Assembly: GCA_951406725.2 (NCBI GenBank)
Contig: OX597823.1
Coordinates: 116,002,001-116,066,000 of the forward strand
Length of the DNA: 64,000 bases
Direction of reading: 5' to 3'
Source of the DNA: Octopus vulgaris
Taxonomy: Eukaryota
Of this stretch, positions 25,899 to 38,475 are shown in pieces. Position numbers and translations under genes: made by a program. Positions within the stretch are counted from its first letter, which is position 1. Each line of letters starts with the position of its first letter. The notes beneath the pieces were generated by a model. It was not told the DNA's origin and ran no database searches. It saw nothing but the letters and a program-made list of their open reading frames with translations.

Positions 25899-26264
25899 TG
25901 GTAAAAACAGTAAGATAACAAAAGAAAGAAAGAGACCCCAATATTATTTTACAGATATCTATATATATATATATATACACACACACGCACACACCCTCAC
26001 ACAGACACTCATGTGCAGAATTAATTGTTGATGATATTGATAATTTCAAGCTTTGCTTAGGATAACATACTAGAGTGACTTCATCCAGGACCAAACGAAG
26101 ACTTAAATTCAGCTGAGAGTTAAATGAAACTATCAGAAGTCTCAGTACTCAGAGTATCCATTGATAATTACATATTTTCATCTGATGGAGTTGGTGGTTA
26201 GACAGTAATCTCGGCATATACATCATTCAAATATGTATTTACTGGTGTCATATATTCCAACTTT

Positions 26265-26470
26265 TAGCACTAGGCCAGCAATTTTGGAGAGGAATAGGTC
26301 GATTAGATTGACCCCAGTCCTCAACTGGTACCTAATTTATTGACCCCAAAAAGATGAAGGGCAAAGTCGAAATTGGCAAAATTAGAACTCTGAATTGTTA
26401 GCACATCAGACAAAATACTGCTAAGCATTTTGACCAGTGTGATAATGATGCTGGCAGCTCACTGTCTAAG
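26265..26470 (-). mobile_element. SINE family B, diverged
   Basis: Reverse core ctggtacctaatttattgacccc...ggcaaagtcga. Confidence 0.7.
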
Positions 26471-26731
26471 TGATGTTATGTATCAATATCTGGTGGACGT
26501 ATTAGTTAAATGGAATTCTTGAAATTAGAATAGTGAAATATGTATATTTACCGTCCAACCCATGCTAGCATGGAAAGCGGACGTTAAACGACGATGATGA
26601 AGTATTCACTGATGTTTGATGTTTATATCTGATTGAGTTACTGGTGAGGCAACAGTCTCAGCACTTAGACCAGTGAAATGTGTATCCACTGATATTATAC
26701 AGTTCTATATTTAAGAGATGAGGAATTATGT

Positions 26732-26849
26732 ACATTATTTACATTTGATGGATATTTGTCCTCATCTTGTTTGTTGTTAACACAACATTTCAGCTGATGT
26801 TTATCAACAAACACGATGAGGACAAATATCTGTCAATTGTAAATAATGT
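26732..26849. repeat. Fold-back inverted repeat (about 45-bp arms)
   Basis: acattatttacatttgatggatatttgtcctcatc... / ...gatgaggacaaatatctgtcaattgtaaataatgt. Confidence 0.85.
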
Positions 26850-28140
26850 CCACTGATATTATGGTTTTACATCTGGTGGAGTTAATTTGACAGTAGTCTC
26901 ACGAATTAGACCATTGAGAGATCTGTCTATTGATACTATATATTTACATTTGGTGGACTTATCAAGTTAGACAAGTGTATCTAGATGAAGCAGAGAGAAA
27001 GATAGAGAGAAAGAGAAAGATTGAGTGCAAGAGAAAAAAGGGGTGAGGTATAGACAGAGGGAAAAGAGAGAGAGAGAGAGGGAGTTTTGACTAAATATGT
27101 CTTTTGACATATGTCCAGGACATGTACAGAGTAAATTTGTCAACCCAACCAAAGTGAATGTTAAAAAAACTACCATACCTCCATTTGCAGCTTTTCAGAT
27201 GAAAACCAAATAAAAATTCTTTAAGAAAAGCAAAATAAATCTTCTTTTGCTGTTTGCTAACTGTATGAGAGAGGTAAAATGCCTAAGAGACATTCTTAAT
27301 AATGTGTGTTGGGCCAGGGTGGATGGAACTAAGCCTTAGATTACTGTCTAGAATGTCATAAAACATTCGACTTTCTCATTAATTAACACCTGTCAGCTGA
27401 ATGACATTTAAAGTCCAGCAAGAAGTGATTGTTAAACATGCTTTCTGTGAGGAGATCAATGGAAAAGAACGAAAACAAAAAAAATATGACCAATTTGAAA
27501 CATAAATTCAAAAACAATAAAAAACTAACGCTAATATTTGTATTTTTGTAAATTATTTTCATATCTTCTTTTTTTAAAATGATTCAAAATCTTGTTTATG
27601 TTTTCAAATCTTATTGTTTCTTGTTGCTGTTGTTACTTTTATTGTTTTTTTCCATTTTATTTGTAGTTATTAGCAAGCATATCGTTATTAAATAAAAGAA
27701 ATTAAAAAATGAAGAATAAAAAATATATATTATCAGGTAAAAAAAAATCGATGTAAAAGTGTCAAATATATTTATCTATGATAAGCCTTATACAAGTATG
27801 GTGAATATTTTTGCGTTTATTTTGCTTTATGTTCATAATTACACACATTAACAATGGTGTGGTTGAAGAAAAGATTCATAGCTTCAGGGTTCAATCTTCA
27901 TCATGTCAACACTAGACATTTTTTTTCACCTTGTCTTAGCTGTGTTGAAATTACTTTAAATTATAATAAATAGTTGCAACTAGGAAGAACATCGATTGAA
28001 AATGAATAATAAAAAAATTACTATTGAATATCTGAAATATTTCAACTGCTCAACAGAGAATGATGTGTGTTGTGTGTGTGTGTTTGTCTGTATGCGTGCA
28101 TGTGTGCGTATACAGCATATATATATATATAAATATATAA

Positions 28141-29310
28141 TGTAGGAAGACAAATAATAACAGGTATAAGGAATGTATTTATATGAAAAGTTGCATACAC
28201 AATTTACATGATGTAATCAAGTCTTATCTTTACAGCTGTTTCGGATAATCGATGAACAGTTGACATAACTATTGTGCAAGAAAATCCAGTATAGAGTCAA
28301 TATTGTTGGCATACATGAAACAAAAAGGAATGTATGCATGGATTTTGATAGCTCTGCACAGCGAAGTCACAATATTCTCATCAGAAGAACCAAGCAAATG
28401 GCCAAAGAGAGATAGTGTTTATAAATATAAATATATATATATATATAAGTTCAGTAAATTAGAAAGTTAGATGTAGAGGAGGGGTTATACTAGTAGGAAT
28501 AATGGTAGAGAGGGAACAGAATTGGGAGAGATTTGGGGTAGCTGAGAGTGAGTCAGTTATGATGCCAACTATCCTCTACTCCACTTCTGTTTTTTGCTAT
28601 ACTTAGGGGAATTGCTGTACTTTACCTACATACATACATACATACACATACACACACACACAGATTGTTTCCCCTCACCTTCCCTTTGATATTAATTCAT
28701 CCTCACATCTCCTGTCTCACCTTTGTACCTTTGTCTCTTCTTGTATTTGTTTTACAGTTTTTTGTACTTGATGTGACTGGTACAGCTTTACAAGGCTTCT
28801 TTTTATGATCTGATAATTGTGTCTTTATTCTTTCCATACCATCCCATTTTGAACTCAGAACGTAATGGCAGACTTAGCTCCTTTTCTCACTCTTAATTTA
28901 TAGCCATTGTTTACAACTTATGCCAAACAGTTGACATCTTATAGTAACTGGCCAACCCTCAGCTGTCTCACTTCTTTCTCTATCTTTAAACCTATCCCTA
29001 TAACCCCTCTTTGTATCTTTCTTATTCATAGAACTTACATTTATAAACACTGTCATCTCTATGCCATTTGTCTGACTCTTTTAATGTGGACCTTGCTAGC
29101 TAATATTTTTACTTTGCTTTTAAGTATGCCTACAATATTGGCTCAGTATTGGACGCCCTTCCAGAATATGCAGAGTTATGTCAAGCAGTCAACTGATTAT
29201 TTGAAACAGCTGTAAAGATAAGACTTGATTACATCATGTAACATGTATATCCAAATTTTTATGTAAATAATTCCTTGTACCTGTTAGCTTAGTTTTATTA
29301 TTTCCATAAA
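28141..29310. repeat. Two inverted, diverged copies of a hammerhead-bearing element (about 28141-28410 minus; about 29050-29310 plus)
   Basis: Shared gaaacagctgtaaagataagacttgattacatcatgtaa block in opposite orientations. Confidence 0.8.
28227..28388 (-). ncRNA. Hammerhead-like motif with long stem II insertion
   Basis: tctt-CTGATGA-G...(about 130 nt)...C-GAAA-CAGCTG-TA-aaga; perfect palindrome ACAGCTGT as stem III. Confidence 0.6.
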
Positions 29311-29432
29311 GTCAGAGTTTCTGATTTTATTTCATGACTATTTATACTGTACTTAAATAAGCATTCTATAACCCATTCTTTGTATATATGTATGTCTATA
29401 AAAAGTATATATGTATATATAGGTGTATGTAA

Positions 29433-29500
<68 letters not shown>

Positions 29501-29507
29501 CTTTATG

Positions 29508-32500
29508 TTATTAATCAAGCCTCCATGTTCTGCCTGAGCATGTTGCTAGAGCACTGACGAGCTTTTCCCTTCTTTGAACTCTCACCAATGTCCATCTATA
29601 TGCTCTCCTATGCTGTGTGCAGTCTCCAATGTAAGTTGTTGTTATGTTTTGGCCCCGTCCCTCAGTACTTCATAAGCTATACACTACATTCCTAATCTTA
29701 CAGTTAACCTGTGGGTTCATCCTACATACAACACACTTGTACTCCATATAGGAGGACTTATCAAGGGGATAGGTATTGCAGATCAGGGATTTTAAAGGGG
29801 AACTAAGCCTCTCTACTACTTTAATTCTAAAAAAGATGTACTAGTTCACCGTGAAGGGTAACATCAACAAACATAACACTCTGGTATTTTTTGCTGTCAT
29901 ACCAAGTGTTGGCCTTATCTTACTACTGGTCCTTCCCATGCTGTTCCAAGATTTACTCCTGTACAGCATGCATGTCCCCTTAGCATCACTCTCTATGATG
30001 GTGTTGTACTTAGTCCTGGCTCCTTTGTATACTCTAATCCTGTCCCTTTGATTGTAGTCAGAGGACTGCATGCAGTGGATGAAGTTTTGTATATGTTTTT
30101 CCAATTCCATAGGGTCGCACATGGGAGACATAATCCTCATTGCTCTCACCAAGTCAGCTATCAGAATGTTGAACTTGGCATTGTCTGCAATTACTGTGTT
30201 CTTGTGAACAAGGTACTTAGAGGCCATGGGTTTGGCATTATGAGAGTGAAAGATCTGGACCATGCCATTCTTCATTTCTAGCCAGAATTCAGTATCTAAA
30301 CAGGCTATCTATAGTTAGGGTACTTACCAGGGTAGTCTATCGCTACTTCTATACTCTGGTGGATGGAATTAGCTATTTGCTGGATGCTCTCCATAGTGTT
30401 AGCTTCTAGATCATCAACATTGTCTTGTAGGGATGCTCTGGCTACTATGTTGATATCGTCCACATAGCAGGAGTACAAGGTTAGGGTTATGGAGTTCTCT
30501 ACTAATTTCTCTTTAAGTCTCCTATCTCACAATACCATAAATAGGTTAGCCACATTGCCAGCAATACTGATACCAATGGCTGCACCTTCCTCTTGGGCGT
30601 ATATCTTGTTATTAAACTTTAAAATATGGCCCTTGAGTGTGGTCTTGGTACTTGCACTCACTGCATGTGCGACCATCTTTTTAACCTGGTCATTATTTTC
30701 GAAGGTCTGTATAGCTCTGGTCCACCTGTTCTAGCTCACTTTAGGGGTTTTCTTGGCCATAGTATGGGGGTGGGGTTTACCTTTTATCAATCTAGTGGGG
30801 CAGAAACAACTAAGGTGATGTTTATCTAAGTAATCATTGTTGCATGTCAGTCTCAGGAGGAGGCCTAGTTCTTCGGTGTCAACACCACGGAACTCCACAT
30901 CACTCTTACTGATCACCTCCATGCATTTCTCCCCCACAGTAAAATCAATATCAATGGATGAGTATAGGGACACTACATCCATGCTACCTATTATGCATCC
31001 CATTAGGCCGTGGGCATGGTTGCACTCATAGATTCTGCCGAGAAGCTCTTCCGTGCTCTCACACACATCTGGGGACATTTTTATCAGAGGGTGTATGATC
31101 ATTGAGAGGACATAGGAGACCTGGTAGTTGTTGCCAACATTGGCTCCACAGACCAGTCTCATTGGTGGTCCTGCCACTAGGTCGGTGGGCATCTTATGGT
31201 CCTTGTGCAGTCCATACAGTGCTGGGATGTCATTGTTGGTGACCTGGAAGTTGTTGATCTTGCTCTTCTTTGCCCCTAGGATATTTGACCACATCATCAC
31301 ATGAGCACTTAGGATCTTCTCTCTCTCTCTCTCTCTCCTCATACTCCTGTATCATTGTTTCCCTCATATTGGTGATCTGGGGGTTGCATCGCCTGGTTGT
31401 AGTTTGGTAAGCTGTTTACCGACATTCTGCAGGACTTGTCAGTGGAGAAACACATGACTTCCCTATTTCTTGTGCATTGTATGAGCTTGCGCAATCCACT
31501 TGTGGACTTCTAGTTGACTCACTGTGCCTCTTTACCACTCTGCCTTGTAGTGTATTGTGCTAAAATCGAAGTTTAGTACTGGCTATGGTGAATCGTGCTT
31601 CTATTTCGTCATTTGTCTGTTGAAGGAAGAAACTCTTTTGCTGAAGGTTAGGATTGTTGCATAAATATGGCTCATATCGTATGATTTATCCCATGGATTG
31701 AAGAATAGGGCCTGGAAAGGGTTGGTGCCATTTCTATCCATTGTACTTCTATCTATCATATCATTTCTCAGGTTACTATCTCCTTGACTGTGTCTGTCAT
31801 ATTTGTTATTGGTTGTTGTTGTTGTTCTTCTTCTTCTTCTTCTTCATCATCTTCCCTTCTTCTATTTCTTTTCTTCTTCTTTCCTTTTTCTTCTTCTTCT
31901 TCTCCTCCTTCTTCTATTTTTTCTCCTTCTTCTTCTTCTTCTTCTTCTTTTTCTTCTCCTTCTTCTTCTTCTTCTTCTTTCTTCTTCTTCTATTTCTTTT
32001 CTTCTTCTTCTTCTTCTTCTTCTTCTTCTTCTTCTTCTTCTTCTTCTTCTTCTTCTTCTTCTTCTTCTATTTCTTCTTCTTCTTCTTCTTTTCTTCTTCT
32101 TCTTCTTCTTCTTCTTCTTCTTCTTCTTCTTCTTCTTCCCTTCTTCTATTTCTTTTCTTCTTCTTCTTCTTCTTTCCTTTTTCTTCTTCTTCTTTCCTTC
32201 TTCTTTCCTTCTTCTTCTCCTTCTTCTTCTTCTTCTTTCCTTCTTCCTTCTTCTTCTTCCTTCTTCTTCTTCTTCCTTCTTCTTCTTCTTCCTTCTTCTT
32301 CTTCTTCTTCTTCTTCTTCTTCTTCTTCTTTTCTTCTTCTTCTTCTTTTCTTCTTCTTCTTCTTCCTTTTTCTTCTTCTTCTTCTTCTTCTTCTTCTTCT
32401 TCTTCTTCCTTCTCCTTCTTCTTCTTCTTCTTCTTCTTCTCCTCATCCTCCTCATCCTCCTTCTTCTTCTTCTTCTTCTTCTTCTTCTTTTCCTTCCTTC

Positions 32501-33351
32501 TTCTTCTTCTTCTTCTTCTTCTTCTCCTTCTTCTTCTTTTATGTGTAACGTTGTTATCAGTAATGTTTATATTGGTTTTCATGTTTACCTCGTCGCTTCC
32601 CTTATTGTCATCATATTAGTTCACAGCCACAGTATTGCCATTCTTCTTGTTATAGTTGTGTTGTTACTGTTATTACCATCTCTGCCCTTAATCTTCTTGA
32701 TATCATCTCCCATTCCTGCTGTTCCCTACTATGGCTCTTCTGGCCCCTAAGTTTGCTGTGCTTGTAACTCTCCATGTTTGTGTGTTTGTTCTTCTTCATA
32801 GTATCGTTGTTGTTATAATTATCGCTATACATCTTGGCATTAGTCTTTGGTATGTTGACCTTTCCCTCACCTGCATCCCTTCCTCCATGACGGCTGCTGC
32901 TGCCCTTGACCCATACTCCAAAGTCGTCCTTGTATCATTTTGTGATTGTTTGATCATTGATACTGTCCTCTTGATGGTTGCTGTTGTTGTTGCAGCTGTT
33001 TGATGAACTGTTGTATAGGTTGTTGTTGTTGTTGTCAATATGTTCAGAGGTATTATTGTTGTTACTGTTGTGGCTGTGACCATTTGTGTTTTGTCATATT
33101 TATTCAGTTTCCAACGAATTTTTGTGTATGCTTTTTCTATTTCAGAGAGAGAACGTATTATATTTATTTTGTTTTGGGATTTGTTTTGCAAGATTGAGTT
33201 CGTGTGTTGAAGCATATTCTGTTGCGTCTGGGGAGAGTCATTTTCTTTTTGTGCCTTATAATGTAACACACTCACCGGTAAAATTTCCACTTATTTCTTA
33301 TTTTTATTTTCCTTAAATTTTCGTTGCGTCTTGCAACTTTTTTAATAGTCT
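29508..33351 (-). mobile_element. Penelope-like retroelement, degenerate: terminal repeat, RT and partial GIY-YIG endonuclease
   Basis: PALYGLHKDHK..PPMRLV, SMDVVSLYSSID, QEEGAAIG, YVDD at 30455-30466, and NCKIRNVVYSL..TYIG at about 29590-29710; stops and frameshifts. Confidence 0.88.
31826..32540. repeat. (TTC)n/(GAA)n microsatellite, about 700 bp
   Basis: Direct. Confidence 0.98.
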
Positions 33352-33499
33352 TGTCAACTCAGTGTGCCACTTTACCACTCCATCTGCTCAGGCAGAACAT
33401 AGAGTGAAGACTATTGAAAAGGTTGCAAGACACAACGAAAATTTAAGGAAAATAAAAATAAGAAATAAGTGGAAATTTTACCGGTTAGTGTGTTAAATT

Positions 33500-33690
33500 C
33501 ATCATCATCATCATCGTTTAACGTCCGCTTTCCATGCTAGCATGGGTTGGACGATTTGACTGAGGTCTGGCAAACCAGATGGCTGCACCAAACTCCAATC
33601 TGATCTGGCAGAGTTTCTACAGCTGGATGCCTTTCCTAAAGCCAACCACTCCGAGAGTGTAGTGGGTGCTTTTACGTGCCACCGGCACAT
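33500..33690 (-). mobile_element. RTE LINE 3' end inserted in the Penelope terminal repeat
   Basis: (CAT)n gtttaacgtccgctttccatgctagc. Confidence 0.85.
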
Positions 33691-34024
33691 TTATGGATAT
33701 ATATGTGTGTGTTTGTGTGTATGTGTGTGTGCGCGCACGCATGTGTAGATATATATATATATATATATGTATACATAATTATAAGGCACAAAAATAAAAT
33801 GACTCTCCCCAGACACAACAGAGTATTATATTTACCTTTCTATATATGGTGAACTTCAGTGGTAGTTGGAGTATGGATTGTTCTTCCAAATCGATTGTTG
33901 TATCTGCATAGATGTTCACATTATTGTTTCTGCAGAATTCAGCCATTGGTGAGGTGTTTGCCGTATAAATCCCATCGATCTTATCTGGGTACATCCATTT
34001 TTCTTCCTGCTTGATTTTACATTG

Positions 34025-34394
34025 TTGTAGGATGAACCCAAGGGGTAACTGTAAGATTAGGAATGTAGTGTATAGCTTACGATGTACTGAGGGGTGGTGC
34101 AGAAACATGACAACAACCTACATTGGAGAGACTGCGTGCAGCATAGGAGAGTGTACAGATAAACATTGGCAAGAGCTCAAAGAAGGGAAAAGCTTATCAG
34201 TACTCTACCAACATGCTCAGGCAGAACATGGAGGCTCGATTAATAACATAGCAGTTAAAGTACTATCGACACATAGAATTGACACGACACTTGGACAGAT
34301 TACAGAGGCTACACACATAGCAGTAGACAGACCAAGTCTCAATAGAAAACACAAATGGAACAGTAACACCCTCATCACCATGCCACATGACTAA
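34025..34394 (+). pseudogene. Penelope-type GIY-YIG endonuclease domain remnant
   Basis: NCKIRNVVYSLRC...TYIGETACS...H...LYQH...H...EATHI...PSLN matches the PLE GIY-YIG layout. Confidence 0.85.
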
Positions 34395-34716
34395 AGACAG
34401 TAGAGATGAGAAGAGAGGGAAAAGGAAAAACAAAACACCGTAAATAATACACAGAAACATACAGGTTAATACACACACAATAGACATATATGCACTTACC
34501 TGTGATACTTATGAGAAATAGAGATAGATGTATAAAAAAATAAGTAAATAAATAAATATATATATATATATACACACACACATACATATATTTATTTACA
34601 TATATATATATATACACGCACATACATACACACACACATGCATTCGTATATATTTACACACATACATATATATCCACACACACACATACATACACACATG
34701 CATGTGTGTGTGTATG

Positions 34717-35015
34717 AAGGCACATGGCCTAATGCACTTGGAAATATGGTGTCACATTCATAATCGCAAGACAAAGGTTTTCGATTCCTGGATCAGGTGT
34801 TGCAATGTATTTTGAACAAAGCACTTGGTTTCACATTGCTTTGTGGTTCAATTCCACATCTGACATGTGACACATCACGCATTTCCACAAGTCATATTGA
34901 TATGATGAAGGGAATGAGCTAAAGTACAGCACAAACATTTAATCATTATCAACGAAATATCTGTGCAGGTTGTTCAGCACAAAACTGCAGAACACTCATC
35001 TGTCATTTATGACAG
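34717..35015 (+). mobile_element. tRNA-derived SINE, old copy
   Basis: gaaggcacatggcct head, tttcgattcctgg B box; 3' part homologous to the 23620 copy. Confidence 0.6.
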
Positions 35016-35024
35016 GAGAGCCCA

Positions 35025-35064
<40 letters not shown>

Positions 35065-35904
35065 ATATATGATATATATACATATATATATATACATATG
35101 TGTATGTATATATATATAGGTGTGTAGAGTGTGCACGTGGAAGGTTAAGAAAGAATGAATAGTGATAGGGAAATATGTCACAAGAAATTACCAAATGTGA
35201 GCCATCAATGAAGTAGGTGAGAGACATAGATAGAACGAGAGGTATATCAGTACCAGACTTTTAATGTTTACAATGACTAGATTGTTTTCCAAGCATGTGT
35301 CATCTTTGGGTTTCTCTGCACCAAGTCCTCAGTTGTTTGTAAGTCAGTCCTTTAATGAGATTTAGCAATGCTTTACCAATAAAAGGACCTGTCTAGATTT
35401 GTCTCACCTTATTTACCAAATATCACACCCACTCCCCCAAATACCACACCCACACAGAAATGATGACTATGTGTCAACATCTTATTTTTAATTAGAATTT
35501 TAGAATTGTCTCCCTTGCTTTCCTTGATCAGAATTAATCATTATGATAATTATTTTTCTCTCATAACCATGTGTATAATTTTAATTAATAAAACATCTTG
35601 AATCCTCACTACATTATGTCTATTATCAGAGATGATATTATCATTTGGTATAATGTGGCCCAAAGCAGACTTCATCAATGCTTCAAGGAGTAAGAAACAA
35701 ATAAAACTCATAGAAGCACAATTTTTCTAAGTTTCCCTCAGTTCAGCTGATGTTAAATGCAGCAACATTGCTTTCACTGGAAACCAGTGTGTGATGTTGC
35801 TGAGCAAGTTTCTGGTGTTCTGTTTTTACAGAAACTGTTCTAGAAATTTCTAGAAAGGATAGATAAACCAGATGTTGTACATCAATGATGAAAGCTCAGT
35901 CTAG

Positions 35905-36075
35905 AGCTATGTCAAAGATGAAAGGTTAATGCATAGCTTTATCAACTGTGAAATGCCAGTATATAGTGTATCACGGGTGAAAGGTCAGTATATAACTGTG
36001 TCATGGGTGAAAGGTCAGTATAGAAGTGTGTCAAGGGGGTAAAAGGTCAGTATATATCTGGGTCAAGAGTGTCAA
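35905..36075. repeat. Minisatellite, about 30-bp unit (gtcaagggtgaaaggtcagtatataactgt)
   Basis: Four to five degenerate units. Confidence 0.75.
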
Positions 36076-36480
36076 GGGAGTTTGATCAGTGAGAGATTGA
36101 ACGTAGTGCTACAAATTTTCATAGATTGCAGAGAGAAAGACTGAAGAATTTACTATGGAAAGAATCTGTCTCTTTGGAGGATAGTGTTTGAGAATAATGG
36201 AAATGACATCATCACGATTGGTTGGATTTGAGTGATTGGAAACTGTATTGCTGTTTAATTCCAAGTCAGTCTTTGTCTATCAGACATCTAATGAAAGTTG
36301 TTTTAGCTCTGATCATTCCAGCATTTTATCAGGTGTGTCTAGAACTACATTTTCCTATACATCCTTCTCTCTTTTTGAGATTGCAGGATGGGAATTGACA
36401 GTTGTTTAACTGTTTCTTTGAGTAAGTTAAGCGATTGGTCAGAGGTTACCTTCTTTACTCATCAATGATGGAGAAAGTTT

Positions 36481-37017
36481 TCACATGACTAGTGACCGAG
36501 ACCTTTGGAAGTATGCTGTGCGTGAGAAGACCCGGCAGGACAAGTGAGACCATAACCCGTGGCCTCTACCTGGGATGTGGCCAGTCCACTTATGCATACC
36601 TTTCCTTCTTGGGACACAAAACTCTGCTTGTGAAGACCTGTTGAGGCAAGTGAAATCGAAATCGATCAAAAATCAATGGAAATTGCAGTTGTGATACCAG
36701 TGCTGGTGGCATGTAAAAGAACCATCCAAACATGGCCATTGCCAGCGCCGCCCCAACTGGCTTCCATGCCAGTGGCACATAAAAAGCACCAACCGATCGT
36801 GGCCGTCACCAGCCTCACCCGGCACCTGTGCCAGTGGCACATAAAAAGCACCCACTACACTCATGGAGTGGTTGGTGTTAGGAAGGGCATCCAGCTGTAG
36901 AAACACTGCCAGATCTGACTGGAGCCTGGTGCAGCCTCCTGGCTTTCCAGACCCCAGTTGAACTGTCCAACCCATGCTAGCATGGAAAGCGGACGTTAAA
37001 CGATGATGATGATGATG
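36481..37017 (+). mobile_element. RTE LINE 3' end: last codons, full 3' UTR, (GAT)n tail
   Basis: MTSDRDLWKYAVREKTRQDK* then the UTR shared with all (GAT)n-tailed copies. Confidence 0.88.
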
Positions 37018-37748
37018 TTATGATGTATTTGTGTGGTGGTGTAACAAGCTGAGAAAGGGAATTAGGCAGGAATTTTGTGATGTGTACTGTTTGAACTGGG
37101 AAGCAAATGTAGTGGTTTTACTTTACAGAAATGTTATCAGGTAATCTTAATTAAGGAGAGATGGGCAGGAGAGTTAGTAACTACTAGAGACCATCTTGAC
37201 AAAGAACCAGAATACCAGGCTGCAATTTGCAGCCAGGGGAAGAAAGCTTACAGGCTGTGAGAGCTACTAGAATATCTTTTGCTTTACTGATAGCCATCTT
37301 CAAGATATTGTGGTAGTGAGTAAAAGCTGCCAACTTGGTGAAACTAGTTGGATATTAAGGAAAGCTGTTATCTTGAAATATTGCTAATTAAAGAAATTGT
37401 CTTGGAATCTCTACCAGTCTTTTAGTTGGCTAGTTTTTGTAACTAGCCATTTATTTTTTATAGAATCTGTCACCAGCTTCTTTATCAATATAATTACCTG
37501 TTTTAACATTTTAGCACAAGATGGAAGATTTATCAGCTTAGCAGTCTCTTCTCGTTTAATCCCCTCTATTCTTCTTCCTACCTTTCATGTCAGCAGGCAG
37601 TTTATTTTAACTTGTTTGTCTATAGAACACATGTATCAGGATGTCTATGAATAGACTGATATATTCTGAGATATTTTTACTATTTATCTCACAAACTTTC
37701 TAACTTTTTACCAAAATTAAATTTTCTATATATAACAAGTATACTTAC

Positions 37749-37820
37749 TCGTTTCTTCCCTGTTTGACTATCACGACGGCCTAGACTGGTCGATACAGAG
37801 AAATAGCTTCTGGTATGCTG
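37749..37820 (-). CDS. Candidate 72-nt internal coding exon of an unidentified host gene (QHTRSYFSVSTSLGRRDSQTGKKR)
   Basis: gatttctatag|CAG acceptor (NAGNAG), CGA|gtaagtat donor, length 3n, only one frame open, four CpGs in otherwise CpG-poor unique DNA. Confidence 0.45.
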
Positions 37821-38475
37821 CTATAGAAATCACATGTTCACCAATTCTTAATGTCAGAATCTAATAAAACACATCAATGGGAACAATAAAAGTACTGTGT
37901 GTTGTTGAAAATCTACTTCTGATGTAATTATCAATTTCCCCTGTATTCATTGGAATGATGTGGCCATCTTCATGACACTCTTAGTGAATATGGCCCCATT
38001 AGTTAGAGTGTAAGTTTGTCTAAATCTAGTTTGCTACTCTAAATAATACTATATTATTAGTATTGATAGATAAGTGAGCTTTGTTATCATGTAGTAATGT
38101 CAAAGTTGCTTTCTGCTCTATTATTAACAATCTGGCCATCTTGATAGTGATTATTATCTTTAAAGAAACTTCCATAGTAGTTGACTTGACTTATCTAGCT
38201 ACACACAGTTACTAGCTGATAAAATCACACTCGATATACTAATGTACATAGAATATGTAGTAATTCAACTAGTAACTAATAACATTCCCCAACCCTATGC
38301 ACAGTGGTACATCTCTACATGCAGTATTCAATATTTTTTTTTTCTTATATAGTTTTATTTCTAACTAAAACATATTGGCCTCAGAGGTATGAAGAAAACT
38401 ATGACAGACAAAATGATATCTCATAGAAACCTCATTGCAATGGTGTAGCTTGTTTCCTACTCTTAATATTTACAA

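Larger units (their letters stand above)
33409..34550 (+). mobile_element. Second, oppositely oriented Penelope-like segment (terminal repeat, inverted internal piece, GIY-YIG and 3' UTR)
   Basis: 33409-33499 plus 33780-33825 match the terminal repeat; 34025-34250 is an inverted homologue of 29508-29730. Confidence 0.8.

Noticed and set aside
27179-27190. Possible 12-nt microexon (LQME) on the minus strand
   Set aside because: Weak acceptor; expected by chance in AT-rich DNA
31741-32750. ORFs of 170-315 aa rich in F/S/L or R/K/E
   Set aside because: Translations of the TTC repeat
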